Position numbers and translations under genes: made by a program. A stretch of 64,000 nt of DNA from Bigelowiella natans CCMP2755 (Eukaryota > Protista > Cercozoa), in NCBI GenBank assembly GCA_000320545.1, contig ADNK01003198.1, positions 23,856 to 87,855 on the forward strand, given 5' to 3'. This document shows, one piece after another, positions 26,248 to 39,673 of this stretch (position 1 is the first letter of the stretch; each line of letters starts with the position of its first letter). The notes beneath the pieces are model-generated. The model saw nothing but the letters and a program-made list of their open reading frames with translations, was not told the origin of the DNA and ran no database searches.

Positions 26248-26734
26248 ATGGGAAAGCTCACGAAAGGAGCTTCAAGAGTCCTAAATCTCAATAAAAAAAG
26301 TGTCACTGATCTCCTAAAGCAAGGTCCATCTAACTACAAACATTCGTGTTACTGCTCTCATTCGACACCTCACATCAGCTGCTGGAAGGGATGGCGGACC
26401 AAATGGAGTTTGCATGAGAGAATCTCTCGCTCTAATGGCGTGCATGTAATCATCTTTTCGTTTAAAATCCATACAGATCAATAAGATTAATTGTTCAAAT
26501 GACAATCTGCATATTACTCTTCGTAGAGACGGTGCGGCAGATGTGCCGTCGCAGTGCAGACAGCACATTCAAGCCCTCTCCCGTTGTCAAAAAACTGCCC
26601 TCCAAGAGGTCACTATTACATCAAGTTTGCAATCTATCCTCTGATATATACGTTCTAACCCAAAATAGAAAAACTTACGGACGAAAGTGAGGAAGTCGAT
26701 GATATTCCAAATTTTGAAAAAGCAATGGGATTAA
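26248..26734 (+). CDS. Twin CX9C protein, probably mitochondrial ribosomal protein mS37 (CHCHD1/Mrp10-like)
   Basis: Exons 26248-26323, 26379-26445, 26527-26608 and 26669-26734 splice to MGKLTKGASRVLNLNKK...CMRESLALMACIDGAADVPSQCRQHIQALSRC...KVRKSMIFQILKKQWD. This has CX9C-X10-CX9C and termini resembling plant mS37 as I recall it. Confidence 0.72.
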
Positions 26735-26829
26735 CTGTGATTTCACGCCATACGGCTCTTCGTCGTTGCATCACCCTGTTTACTAATGTCTTCGAAAAAT
26801 CCGTTGCAGCCGTAGTCCACACATCCATT

Positions 26830-27980
26830 GTGCTAGTGTGCACAAGCTAACTAGCTGTCGTTTTGCGTCGCATGCCTAGATCTAGAGATGCTACGACGCG
26901 CATTGTGTGCAATGGGGCGTTATTATGTACGTCGTGCCATGTGTGTCTGTTGTTATACTTTCATATGTGTAGATCTACGATGTGTCTGTGCATGCACGCG
27001 CATCTCTAGATCTATATATACCAGTGTACTAGTGTAAAGCTAATGGGCGTCTCTAGCTAGCGCAGGGCTAGAGGGCTTGAGTATAACACCACACACCAAC
27101 CACTGATAATACTAGCATATCACACCTAGATACGCTATGACGCACAAGTGCACGCGCACACGCATCGTATGCTTCGCTATATAGTAGTTCATGTGATGCA
27201 CTATGTACATCGTATATAGTACATCAACCGTCTAGATATGTGGCCTGCCCTAGCTGCTAGCGTGTCGATCTGCACTAGCTTGTAGTAGCATAGAGCTAGA
27301 TCTAGAGAGAGCTCATGCTACCTAGCTACGACGCTGAATCTATAAGTCTAGAGATGGTAGGTTTTTTTTTTTTGCCATGCTAGCATGCACGTAGTTGCAA
27401 CATTCATGTACACACACACACACACACACACAGCAGTATCTAGCTAGCTAGCATCGTCAGTCGATCGCAACATGTCGCACTTTACAGCTGCTAGCGCTTA
27501 GCGTGTCTTGACATCGTATGTACCACAGACACAGTATGTATGACATGTGTAATATATGCGATATGTGCATATATTACACACATGTACAGTGCATATTTAC
27601 GATACAGACATCATCGTACATGCACATATGTACATGATGTGTACGCATGTCCATTGCATCTGTGCTAGTAGTGCTTGTGCGCTGGTCTAGCAGCTAGCTA
27701 TGGCTAGTGGTGGTGAAAAGCGTTACGTATCCACTACATCTGGCTAGCTGGCTAGCTACAGTACGTGCGATGCGCATGCTGTGCCAACCAATATGCTATG
27801 AGGATTGTATTGATGAGCGCTACTTAGAGATACGATCGAACGTGCATGCGGGGTCAGTAGTATGTCTGTGCATCCGCGCTGCATGAGATACATGTATGTA
27901 TACAAGTGTATGTCTGAAATAAGTCTGTGTTACTTGACACATTTATTTATGCCATGCATATACATGTGTACGCATGGCAG
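26830..27980. other. Palindrome-rich convergent intergenic spacer
   Basis: Dense ctag, tctaga, gcatgc, catg, tgca and gtac words between the 3' ends of mS37 and the ABHD17-like gene. Confidence 0.78.
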
Positions 27981-28032
27981 AGTCATAACCATTCACGCGT
28001 CTATCACAGTAAAACTAATCTTATATCTTAGC

Positions 28033-28072
<40 letters not shown>

Positions 28073-28207
28073 GTATCGTTAATTTAAAGATAACATCTTC
28101 CAACTAAGTAGAAATCTTCTTAGTGGCAACAACAGAGATCCAACATATATACGCCATAATGCAGATGTACGTACTAAATATGCAAGGTCTCTGGTCTACA
28201 GTCGTCT

Positions 28208-28744
28208 CTAGCTCTTCCGATCTATTGGGAGAACCTGATCTTGTATTACTACTTTCTCATTTTCCCTTTTTGGTGTCATCGTTCCGGAAGATTCTTTCTT
28301 TTCTCCTCCTCCAACCTCATTTAAAAAGTTCTGAGGCACACAGTTAATGAATTGATGTATATGTAAGTAAGTTCTGAGGCACACAGTTAATGAATTGATG
28401 TATATGTAGTAAAAAGTAAATAGATATTGCAAACAACTAGGTTCTTTCTTTTCTGTTGTTGTCTCCTTCCAATGTCAAACAAACCTTTAATTTTTGGAAA
28501 TATAATCCACGGGTTTGAAACTCAATGTCATTATGTCCACCACCATCAACCCACCTAAAATGATGATGATTCAGTCAATGTTATGTTATGTAAGCAGCAG
28601 CGAATCCAAAAAAGCTGCTCACATGACACACGAAAGTTTGCGACAGATTGAGTAGTAGTAAATCGTACCATAGCTTACAAATAAATGCATTGTTGAAAAA
28701 CAAAACCAAAAATATGTGCAGGTACATCTTTATTCTCTCTCTTT

Positions 28745-28781
<37 letters not shown>

Positions 28782-28802
28782 CACACACACACACACACAC
28801 AC

Positions 28803-28844
<42 letters not shown>

Positions 28845-29733
28845 GAAGAGTACATGGGCATTTGTTCATTATCCCCCTCCTAGTAAAATGTTGTCCCTAC
28901 CACCACCACCACCACCACCACCCACTAAAGTAGTAGTAGTCAAGATCGAAAGACTGATTACGAGCAAGGGGCTATTTTCACTAAAGTAGTCAAGATCGAG
29001 GAGTTAGTACCAAGGGGCTATTTTTTGCGCAGATTTTGCATAAAGTTGGCGCCCATGAAGTATCTAAAACAGAATAATCAGGAAACGTAATGCACCAATA
29101 AATAATTCAAAAAAATTAAAAGATGGTATAATAATAGATCATTTCATATCGTGAGTAAGTGCGTACTGTGGTATACTACTGAAACATAATAATTACTTGG
29201 TCTAATGGATTGTTATAAAACTACTATTTCATCAACAACATACGTCAATCTCTTCATCCTGCATGCCGTGTATTACGAAGATTGGACTCTTGCATTCCCT
29301 TGGTAGTTAGTAATATGATGATGATGATGATGATGATGATGTGTTCGATAGAGAGCAGTAAGAACAACAACATCATATATGATGATACTTCCTAAACCCT
29401 TAACATTGAACTGCCTACTACCATCATGAATGAGCCATTTTCTTCTTGTTTCGAAATATAATATATGTCGCAATCGTTATCCATTTTCTTCTTGTTTCGA
29501 AATAATATATGTCGCAATCGTTATTATACTGAAAGAGATAACACTACCTACCTTATGATGTCCACATTAGGGAATATGTCAAACCTAGACAAGAGAGTAA
29601 ATAATAACAATAATGAGTTATTATTGTGTGATTGATCACCGCAACTTGAGTAGTAAATATTATTTGATGTACTTACCAGTAAGAATCTTTGAGGAAGGGT
29701 TTAATTCCCTTCGATGAAATAAAAGCAGCATAT

Positions 29734-29770
<37 letters not shown>

Positions 29771-29822
29771 GAAACTGGGTATTTAAATATATAACATGCT
29801 GTATTGTTCATTTATGTACTCC

Positions 29823-29865
<43 letters not shown>

Positions 29866-29997
29866 TGACTACTAAAGATGCAAATGCGTGCAGGGGCTGA
29901 TCTATGTCGCCACCATCGTCATCGTGGTCGTTCATCCTATTGCATCATCATTACCCAGTATATCTCACCAACCTCCTCCTCCTCCTCCTTCCTCATC

Positions 29998-30031
<34 letters not shown>

Positions 30032-30413
30032 CTGCCCTTGTCAACTATGATCTACTGCTGTTGTGTATTTTATTCTGCCATTCATTTTAACGTTACTACC
30101 AATACTAGTCTACGTGCATCAATCAATCAATAACCTCTATTATATGCTACTATGTTGTAGACGTGTGTGAGTTGTTATTGTTGTTGTTGTTGTTGTTGTT
30201 GTTGTTCAATTACTCGAAGGCCAGACATAATTCCACTGTGTAAAACAACTGCACGTACTGCAGGGTGCTTACGAGCAAGATGTAATGTCGGGCCTAAGTA
30301 AAACAAGAATATTTGTGAATATCAAAACATTTCCCAGATAATGGTGTATAAATAATCAAACTATGATGAGAAGCGAAAAGGAAGGACGATACAACCATAT
30401 GAATGTTTTGGTT

Positions 30414-30446
<33 letters not shown>

Positions 30447-31517
30447 TTGTCAAAATCAAATCAAGAAATATCTTGGGACATGGTATTATTCACTGTTAGT
30501 TGTTGTTTGCATCATCATGTTCAACCGCAACAAACAACCACCACCTGTTCCTAAGGATTGTCCATAAAGAATAACGTCTTTTTCTTTGATTCCAATAACC
30601 TTTGATTATATATATTTAAGATACCAGCATCATCAAATATTTATTCGTATTTCCTCAAGCTATTACTTTCATCTCCAATACAACAGTATCATCGATGACA
30701 GCATTACATCATCTTTATCACAATCGTTCTTAATTTTCCCCTCATGCAGCAACATTGATCATCATCATCATCGTCATCATCATTATCATCATCCTCAATA
30801 TTGTAAACAATGAAAGAATCAGCAGTTCTAGATTGATCTTTTTTACTACATTTGTCAAATGCTGAAAAGCAGCCTCGATATCTGCCAAGCAATCACGGAC
30901 CTATGTAAGCACATTGTTCACATTATGGGGGGGGGGGGGAGAAATAATAATAATTCCAGGATGAGGAGGCAAATAATCGTGTTTTATTTAGACTTTTCCT
31001 TCGTTTTCGGAGTAGTAGTAGTAGTAGTAGTAGTAGTAGCATAATATTATTGTATATATACATGTTTTATCATTATAATTATGATCCGTGTTACCACCAG
31101 TCAGTCAGTCACCATAGAGAATATACAACAAAATAATAATAATATACATTAGGGTTTTATGTTGGTAGTATCATCACCGTGGGTCTCCCTGAATTCGTTG
31201 ACAAACCGTAGCCAGTGTAATCATACGCATACACATTCACGTCTAACACCTAATTAATACGCGGTTTGCATTTGCCACCAAACGACACAACAACAACAAC
31301 AACAACAACAACAACATCCCACATAATAATAATTATAACTATAATAATAATATTGATAATAATAACATCCAATCGCTAAATGATAACTTGATAATATATG
31401 CAGGCTACTTCCTCGATATAGTCATTTTTTTAATGCAATGGCACTGCTTTCCCAATTCTTTTCATGATTTCCATAATCCTTTCTTCATTATCTTTTTCTT
31501 CTTCTCCTTCTTCTTCT

Positions 31518-31551
<34 letters not shown>

Positions 31552-31859
31552 TGTATTGACCATAGACAATTCCAACAGATGATTTCGTAGCAACCCTAAG
31601 TCGGTAGCGTTTCCATGCGAAATCAAGAAAGTGCTCTTGGCGCTACCAATGCAGAGAAAAGAGCATCAATGTAAATCTTAGTAATAATTTGCAGCATTGT
31701 TATGTCACATCATTTAATGATTATGATGATGATTTTTGTCGATGCTCTTATTATGTTTTTACTCTGGATTTCGAATGAAAATTGTGCATATTTTCTGCCT
31801 CCTCCTAATGGAAATAGTGATCAAACATAGTCGTTCTCAAGAAAATGTGTTATCAATTT

Positions 31860-31890
<31 letters not shown>

Positions 31891-32128
31891 CTGCAACAAT
31901 AGACGACGATTCGCGACATGATTGCTTCATCATGCACGCATTCATTCATTCATTCATTCATTCATTCACACCCCCACCATAAATGAATAAATAGATTCAT
32001 ACAACTCTACATTAAAAGGGAGGAGGAGGAGGAACATGGTGGGCCATACAACGATCAGATAATGATTCAAACAACTCAAAGATCAGATAATGATTGAAAC
32101 ATCTTTTACATGTGCATGGGTGCATTCG

Positions 32129-32170
<42 letters not shown>

Positions 32171-32624
32171 ATATATGTTTATTTATTTATATTACTTTGT
32201 AGGAACCATGTACACCTGATAATAATGTAGTAGTAGTAGTGGTAATAGCAGTAGCAAAAAGGAGAGAATCATGATGCCTCAGGACAACGACAATATCATC
32301 GCTTTATGTGTTTATACATTTTCTCAAGTATTATTGTGTTTATTTCTCGTTGATAATACGATTGTAAATGTTGTTGGAAATAGTACTATAAGCACCAGCT
32401 AGCTACCTACCTTAAAATGAGCTCCACCATGAGGATCAGAGAATCTTCCAGTCTCATCTCGAATATACATCACCTAATCATCGATGATAACAACGATTAC
32501 AGTTATAATAATTATCCTTATTATGCTAATCACGACTAATGAGAACTGACGTACAATGCTAGTCATAATGAAAACAATTGCTATTTTTTAAAACCAAAGT
32601 ACTACAGAACCAAGCAAGGAGATA

Positions 32625-32655
<31 letters not shown>

Positions 32656-32795
32656 GTACACATATAACACAGGTAATTTTCAGATAATGTGTAACTGTTG
32701 TAATCGTAATTCTGGAAAATAAATATGATTCAACAGAGAATGCTACTACTACTACTACTAGTAATTCTGGAAAATAAATATGATTCAACAGAGAA

Positions 32796-32830
<35 letters not shown>

Positions 32831-33110
32831 TGTGATTATTAAATGATGTTCTCCCCTATCAAACCTACGTGTTGCTTCATCACGGAGGAGAGACCTTTTT
32901 CTTTAATCTCAACCTTAAAAATGAACACCAATAACATAACGTACAGCCATTTGCAGAGTACGAGCGCTGCTCTCAATTTATTATATTTACTGAGATAAAT
33001 TAGTGGGTAATCAGTATGGAAAAATGAAGGCTGCTATATTATTACAAGCAGCATGTTGTTGAGATCGATCATTAGTGGTGATGAGACCCTGCTGACGACA
33101 TTTATGTATG

Positions 33111-33156
<46 letters not shown>

Positions 33157-33390
33157 CATGGGGAAAACAATGGTGGTAGAAAAGAAACACGTAAAAAAGA
33201 ATGAGTGAATGAAGAATATGTCCCTGCAGGTTTCTTACTATAATCATTATCTCACCTGTACCATATATTGACAATGGGGAGGGAAGAAAACTAGCTTCCT
33301 GCAAACCCAATCTCGGCACCTTCAATTAAATCAACAATATTTAGACAACGACAACAACAACAACATTAACGATAACAAACCAAGGTAGTG

Positions 33391-33423
<33 letters not shown>

Positions 33424-34080
33424 CCACGCGGATATAGCAAATAAACTGCCTCTTTTTAGATAGAAGGTGTGGGAGAACCTAGCTAGCTACTACTGCTTGT
33501 TGTTGTTGTTATTGTATCTACACACGTACTACCACTACAACTACTACTACTACTACTATTATTACTACCCGCAGAGACTTAAGCACCCGAAGCAACATAT
33601 TAGGCCTATTGACAAAATGGTGGTGGTGTATGCACGTCAATTACATATTAGGCCTGCTGACAAAATGGTGGTGTATGCACGTCAAAGCAACATATTAGGC
33701 CTATTGACAAAATGGTGGTGTATGCACGTCAATTACGTATGTATGTAAGATGATGCTCAACAATGGAATGAAACCAGTGGCATACTATCTATCTATATTA
33801 TGTATCTTTCTTCTGGCACAGGATGATGAGGAATAGCACACAGCACTACTACGTACGTATTATTACATGTGCAACAGCCTGGATCCTATATAGCACACAG
33901 CACTACGTACGTATTATATTACATGTGCAACAGCCTGGATCCTATATAGCACAGCACTACGTACGTATTATATTACATGTGCAACAGCCTGGATCCTCCT
34001 CTTGATTGCCATGGCCTAAATCATCTTCCGAAGTATTCAATCTCTCGTATTGATTTCGTACAGGCTGATTATTGAATGTA
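28208..34080 (-). CDS. ABHD17-like alpha/beta hydrolase (depalmitoylase family); start codon unresolved
   Basis: Exons give an N-terminal Cys cluster (DPGCCTC...WCRDWVCRKLVFFPPHCQY), FLISHGNATDLG, VYAYDYTGYGLS, ILYGQSLGTG (nucleophile), VVLHSGIMSGLR, FDIFPN, VIHGMQDEEID and WVDGGGHND (triad Asp and His). Confidence 0.88.
33595..33732. repeat. Intronic tandem repeat, 3 x ~46 bp
   Basis: acatattaggcctattgacaaaatggtggtgtatgcacgtcaa occurs three times with small variants. Confidence 0.9.
33833..33997. repeat. Tandem repeat, 3 x ~55 bp, spanning a splice donor
   Basis: atagcacacagcactacgtacgtattatattacatgtgcaacagcctggatcct occurs three times. Confidence 0.9.
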
Positions 34081-34457
34081 CTAGGTAAATAACATAATCG
34101 AATAAGAGCACAACTGTAGTATGCACCCACCTGTTTAAGTTCCTTTTCTCCAACAGCAGCAGAATTTTGAGTTGTGGAGGTAGTAGTTGGAATTATACTC
34201 ATCATACAACAACTACTACCACTACTACTACTACCGCTACTACTACTACAAGTGTTCTCAAGTCTGTTCAAAAGCAGCTTTGGCGCCGAGGAGACGAGAT
34301 GACAGGAGAGGTTGCTGGTAGTTCTTCTTCACGTAGAAGTGATGATACTACGCATGGGGATAGATAGATTCCCTGGTAACTAATTATCAACATGCATGTG
34401 ATTACATCGATGTAGACTTATCATCATAACTGCAAAGCTGTATCTTGCACAGATATC

Positions 34458-34508
<51 letters not shown>

Positions 34509-34637
34509 TGCTTCCTTCCGGCTCTCTTTTCTTTTTCAGATTGTGCAGTAGGCTCCAAAGGAAAATGAAACAAACTCCTGACATAATTGTATACATGTTA
34601 TAATATTTTTCTTCTCATTGACGAACTTCTTTTCCAT

Positions 34638-34710
34638 GCTCCATTAGCTCAGTGGTTAGAGCTCCAGTCTTATGAGCTGGAAGTCGCCGGTTCGATCCCG
34701 GCATGGAGCA
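34638..34710 (+). tRNA. trnI-UAU: tRNA-Ile (anticodon TAT), intronless
   Basis: Acceptor stem GCTCCAT/ATGGAGC+A, D arm with TAGCTCAGTGGTTAGAGC, anticodon arm CCAGT-CTTATGA-GCTGG, T arm GCCGG-TTCGATC-CCGGC, and a T-run terminator at about 34719-34725. Confidence 0.95.
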
Positions 34711-34830
34711 CTTGTTACTTTTTTTCGCAAAAAAACGGACACAAATTTTGAAGAAAAGAAAGGCCATTTATTTCACATGGCGTCATCATTTTCAATCATA
34801 AATATCAGAGATTAGGGCTCGTTGTCTCGA

Positions 34831-34924
34831 GTTCTTTTGGATTCCGAAAAGACAGAAACATTCGGAACCTAAGAACACTCTTTTGGATTCCGAAAAGACA
34901 GAAACATTCGGAACCTAAGAACAC
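34831..34924. repeat. Perfect 46-bp direct duplication with internal hairpin
   Basis: tcttttggattccgaaaagacagaaacattcggaacctaagaacac at 34833-34878 and 34879-34924; contains the inverted arms TTCCGAA/TTCGGAA. Confidence 0.9.
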
Positions 34925-35156
34925 AGGCGGCAGACCCTACCCCTACGGATACGATACAGATAGTGCTCGTGTCTCTTCATTCAGATAAAAAGGGCACTGC
35001 GTCGGTTAACCTTTGCCTTGGGGAGATTTCGACTCCAAAGAGGATAGCTATCTATTTTCTTTAGGAAAATAAGGGTGTTGCTCAGCTGTTGACTGACAGA
35101 CAGACAAAAAAGATAGACAGAACTTAATAGTAAAGACTACGTGGAGGAGGGTTAGA

Positions 35157-37333
35157 ATGAGCCTATCTGACTCTCTGGCTGGAGTTTTGGGAGGAGTCGC
35201 TGGAACGGTAGTTGGACAGCCTTTTGATCTGGTGAGTGAGTAGTAATCAAATATGCTGCATTGCTGTGCACCAGGAACATACAGTAGTTGTTTGTTCGCT
35301 ACTACTATTGACTTAGTTTCTTTATTGTTGTGCTGTAGATCAAGGTTAGGATGCAAACAGGGGATGGAAAATTAGGTGGTTGCGACTGCTTTTTCTACCC
35401 AAATATAACTTCCAACAACAATGTATTAAATTTTATCATTAAACTACTACTATTGTTCGCCGAGTGAGTGAGTTTTATTGAGCAGCCACGTTGGACTTTA
35501 TATTATCTGCTATTCCTCCTCCTCTTCGTGTACAGCATTATATATCGTAACCACCATTCAGGAAGTAGTCCAATCTCAGTTCTTATTAAAATTGTCAGGA
35601 ATGAGGTTGGTAGAAATTATTTACTTCGACAAGCTTCACTATCGTGGAGACCTTCTTTTTCATAAAAATCTTTTTTCTTTTTTGAAATTATTTGTCCTAC
35701 AAACAAATGCAAATAAAGAACACTACGTACAGGGAATTCGGACCCTTTTTCGAGGAATAGCATTCCCTCTCATCGGGTAAATAAATAAACTACATCAGCC
35801 AGCCAATGTGTAGTCTGCTGCATTGTAATTGTTGTGGAGGAGTAACTTCACTATTACTGCTGTCAATATGCTACTTGTACGCAAAGAAGGAAGATGAAGA
35901 AGAACAGAAGGGAGCGATTTATGGTGGTATTTATGAAGACTAGCTAGAGCATAGAGTGATATCTACACCACCGCATATGATGTGTCATAATTGGTATTGT
36001 TGACGCAACAGATATGTACCGGTTAATGTGGTAGTCTTCGGAGCATATGGAAAAGCAGAACAGTCAGTACCGACTAACACTGCTGTCTATTCGATATATC
36101 GATGGCTATTTGTGTGTGTGCGCGTTTGTGTGTGTGTGTGTGTGATGAATCGCAGCAGCAGCAGCTACAATTACGACATCATAAACACACAACACGCATT
36201 AACAACACAGCTAAACATTATACTTGTTTGTAATCACCCTTAAGTAAAATAAAGCATATGTAGTTGAGGTGAATGCAAACCTATTGCTACAGCAGCAGCC
36301 ATTGCTACTTGCTTACTACTGCTGCACGCGTCAATCACCTGCAGCATTCGTCTATTGTTTGTTGATGTCGTTGTATGCTGTTTATCATCACCTGCATTGA
36401 ATAATAAGATATTGTTCTATTTTTAGGACTTTAGTGGAAATGAGAAGGAGGAGGAGTGATAAGTTTAAAGCACTAACTTCGTCACCACCAACAACAGCAA
36501 CCGATTCATTTCTTGCAGGAGCTTTTGCAGGGGTAGGGATTTGAATAACTGCATCATTAGCACATTATATTGAATTATTGTTCTAGTCACACTACTCTAT
36601 TCCAATTTAGTATAGTATTTGACTGATGTTCTACTACAAATATATTATGATAATACTCTTCATATTCGTATCTACTCCTCGTAGGCTATTCAAGTGCCTA
36701 TATGTGCACCAGTAGAAGCTTTTAAAATAAGAATGCAAACCCAAATGACTGGTTATATCTCGACGAGTTGATGCTCATCCTAATAATGATGATGATAACG
36801 ATGATGATGATGATGAGCGACAAAAGGAGGCAGGCGGCTAATTTCATTAAATCACAATTATATACGTATACCACATGGATGTATTCGTACGTCTCTCTCC
36901 CTACGTACGTCCGCATCTATACGTATTACTTCATGCTAAATTACGTGATCATGATCATCATCATCATTACACTAACAGGAAGCAATAGAGCACTGAATCC
37001 TAGGATGGAAACACTTTTTCGAAATTCAAGTCACGCATTGAAAAGCATAATACAAAATGAAGGATTGACAGGTTGTACTTCACCTCTATGTAGTAGTAGA
37101 TATAGTCCGTACTCAAGAAGAAGAAGAAGAAGAAGAAGAAGAAGAAGAAGAAAGGAAGAAAGATGCGAGTAGATGCTACATACGCGCAGTAGTGGTGTGA
37201 GCATAGTTGTGATGATGATGACGATGATGATGATGATGATGATGGTACTACTACTACTACTACTACTACTACTTACTACAAGGAGTTTATCGGGGAGTTG
37301 TAGCCACTGCTCTACGGGATGTATTGGGGTCAG

Positions 37334-37370
<37 letters not shown>

Positions 37371-39038
37371 ATTTTGTGGTAGAATTAGTCGTAGAACATA
37401 ATAGCAAGAGGAGGAGGAGATGGGAAAAGGAAAACAGACGATGGCTAGTTAGTAGTACGATTGATCAGCAATAATCAGTATTTGTAGTAGGTCAAGAATA
37501 TTGTTGATGATAATCTTGAGTATCATCATCAATAATATATAACTATAGGTATGGATTGTACTTTGGTATATTCCATCTATTTTGCGATTACTTGAAACAA
37601 GATAAGGTCGTTGACTATTGTTCAAATATTAATAATATCTTCACTATTTTTTACCAAAAATTCGTTCTACTTTTTCGCTATGATTTGTTTCCCCCCTCTC
37701 CCCCCCCCTTCTTTCTCACACACACAAAAACACCTACATGCAAGCATATGATAGTCTACATGTGTATTAATAATTATGAAACAAACGAATGTTTGCATTT
37801 GAGAATATGATGATGATTACTGCTACTACTACTACTACTAGCTGATCATTGTTTGGTTAGGAGAAGAAGGCCGGTCATCTAGTCACTTTTGTATCTGGGG
37901 GCATGAGGTGCTACTATACATTGCTATACATACTTAGCAGTAGTTGTAGAAGTAGTAGAAGTAGAAGAAGAAGAAAGAAGAAGGAGAAGTTTTAGATGGC
38001 AGCAGTCGTAAGCAGCAACAGCAGCAGCTCCATCATCGCATTATGAATATAATCTATTACTCCTTTTCTTTAACTGTTATCAGCGGATTTGTTTGCTATG
38101 GAATTTGTTATCCGTTGGACACGGTGCAGTTGTTTATATTACTATCATCGATTATTAGCGGGAGATTTTTATATCTTTTCAATAGGAGCTCTTCACAGTA
38201 GTATTATGCAATAGTTTGACGATTGAGCAGCATAAATAAATAGTGTTGACACAAAATAATAAAGTAGTCGCTCACACTCGATCTTTGGAACCTAATCTCT
38301 TCATTATTATGCTTTAATTATATACTTCTGCTACGCCTATATTTTTTTGAATTCATAATTTTCGAACAAACACTTGGACAATAGTGATGTGAGATCACAT
38401 GATAGACACAGCTAATAATCAGTATGGTTATGGTAATGACTGATGATAAGAAGGTTAAGAGAGATCATTATGATTCCTTCATTGAAAATCAACGGAAGGG
38501 AAACAAATTGTCTAGAGAGAACACCAATGAGAGGGGGGACATTCATCCTCATCGTTGATTCAAACTTATTATTAATGCAAAGCATCATGATGATGACCAT
38601 CATCAATTCACCACCAGATCAAAAGTAGAGTCCAAGGTTTAAGAAATAAAAGCATCATCTCTGCTGCAAGGCAATATTATGGATATTATTACGTTATTTA
38701 TCACATAATTTTAACAAAATACAAGATTATTTGAAGAGATTTATATTTATTATAGAAAGATAATAAATGTTTGACTCCCGACCTGTTGTCGTAACTTACT
38801 ACTTTAGGGAGGTATTGCAATCAGGCGGGATCTTAGGATTTTACAAGGGATTAGGTGAAGTTCATTCAAGAATTTTCATCTCATTTTTAGCAACCAGTCA
38901 CTCACACGCATCATCAAACTCTAATATCAAATTATTCTAGGCCCCACCCTCATGAGAGCCTTTCCAGAAAATGCTGCAGTGTTATACACATACGAAATGG
39001 TAGTAAAAATTATAAGAGAGAGGCAGACTCATAACTAG
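35157..39038 (+). CDS. Mitochondrial carrier (SLC25), basic amino acid/carnitine carrier-like
   Basis: Three carrier repeats: GQPFDL|IKVRMQ, APVEAFKIRMQ and YPLDT|IKSRVQ. Also LFRGIAFPL, VYRGVVATALRD and FYKGLGPTLMRAFP. Stop TAG at 39036-39038. Confidence 0.9.
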
Positions 39039-39249
39039 GTTTAACCCAATTTTGTCCCAAATATGTGAATGAAGTATCACGTTGTTCCATATTGTAACAT
39101 AGGTTATTAGATGGTTAAAATCAGGACAGAGTTCGGGTGATACCGTGGATTAAAAATGAAATACGGGTACCAAGTCTTGCATCCATGTATAGTGGATTGC
39201 AAGTTTATGATTGTAATTGACAAAGTATCATAATGTATATGTACTTTTT

Positions 39250-39600
39250 CATTGTGATACGCTAGTGCATGTGACACGTGTAGCAGCTGCAGATATGTTC
39301 TGTGATCACATTCATCAATGTGATATGTGAGTGCAGATGTGGTATACGCAGCAATGCTCATGTGCGCACGCATCACAAGTCTAGCTCTTTGCGGCTGCGC
39401 ATTGGTGCAGCAGTGCATCATCACAAGCACGCGCACATGCAGTGCATGAGTCTCATCATCGCTCGCATCATCGCACTCTGCCAACACTTTGTTGACTTTG
39501 ATGCATCAGTGAAAGAATGGTCCTGACAAGAGTGGTGATAGTAATATATGTGTTTACAAGCACATGTGTAATGTGTAATGATTATTCATTGTGAATGCGC
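39250..39600. other. Short TpA-depleted, CA/TG-rich convergent spacer
   Basis: 39347-39538 contains a single TA, which lies in CTAG; tgca, gcgc and catg are abundant. Confidence 0.75.
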
Positions 39601-39673
39601 TACATAGAATCTAGGTAATAAAACAGATCATTCATTTTCTAGCAGCGCCACTATCTACTAACATAGGATCACC

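Noticed and set aside
34638-34710. Intronless tRNA-Ile(TAT) with G37 as an anomaly
   Set aside because: As I recall, the same configuration occurs in plant tRNA-Ile(UAU), so it is not unusual.
12466-39038. Lysine gene cluster (HCS plus a basic amino acid-type carrier)
   Set aside because: The two genes are separated by three unrelated genes, and carrier specificity cannot be established from sequence reading.
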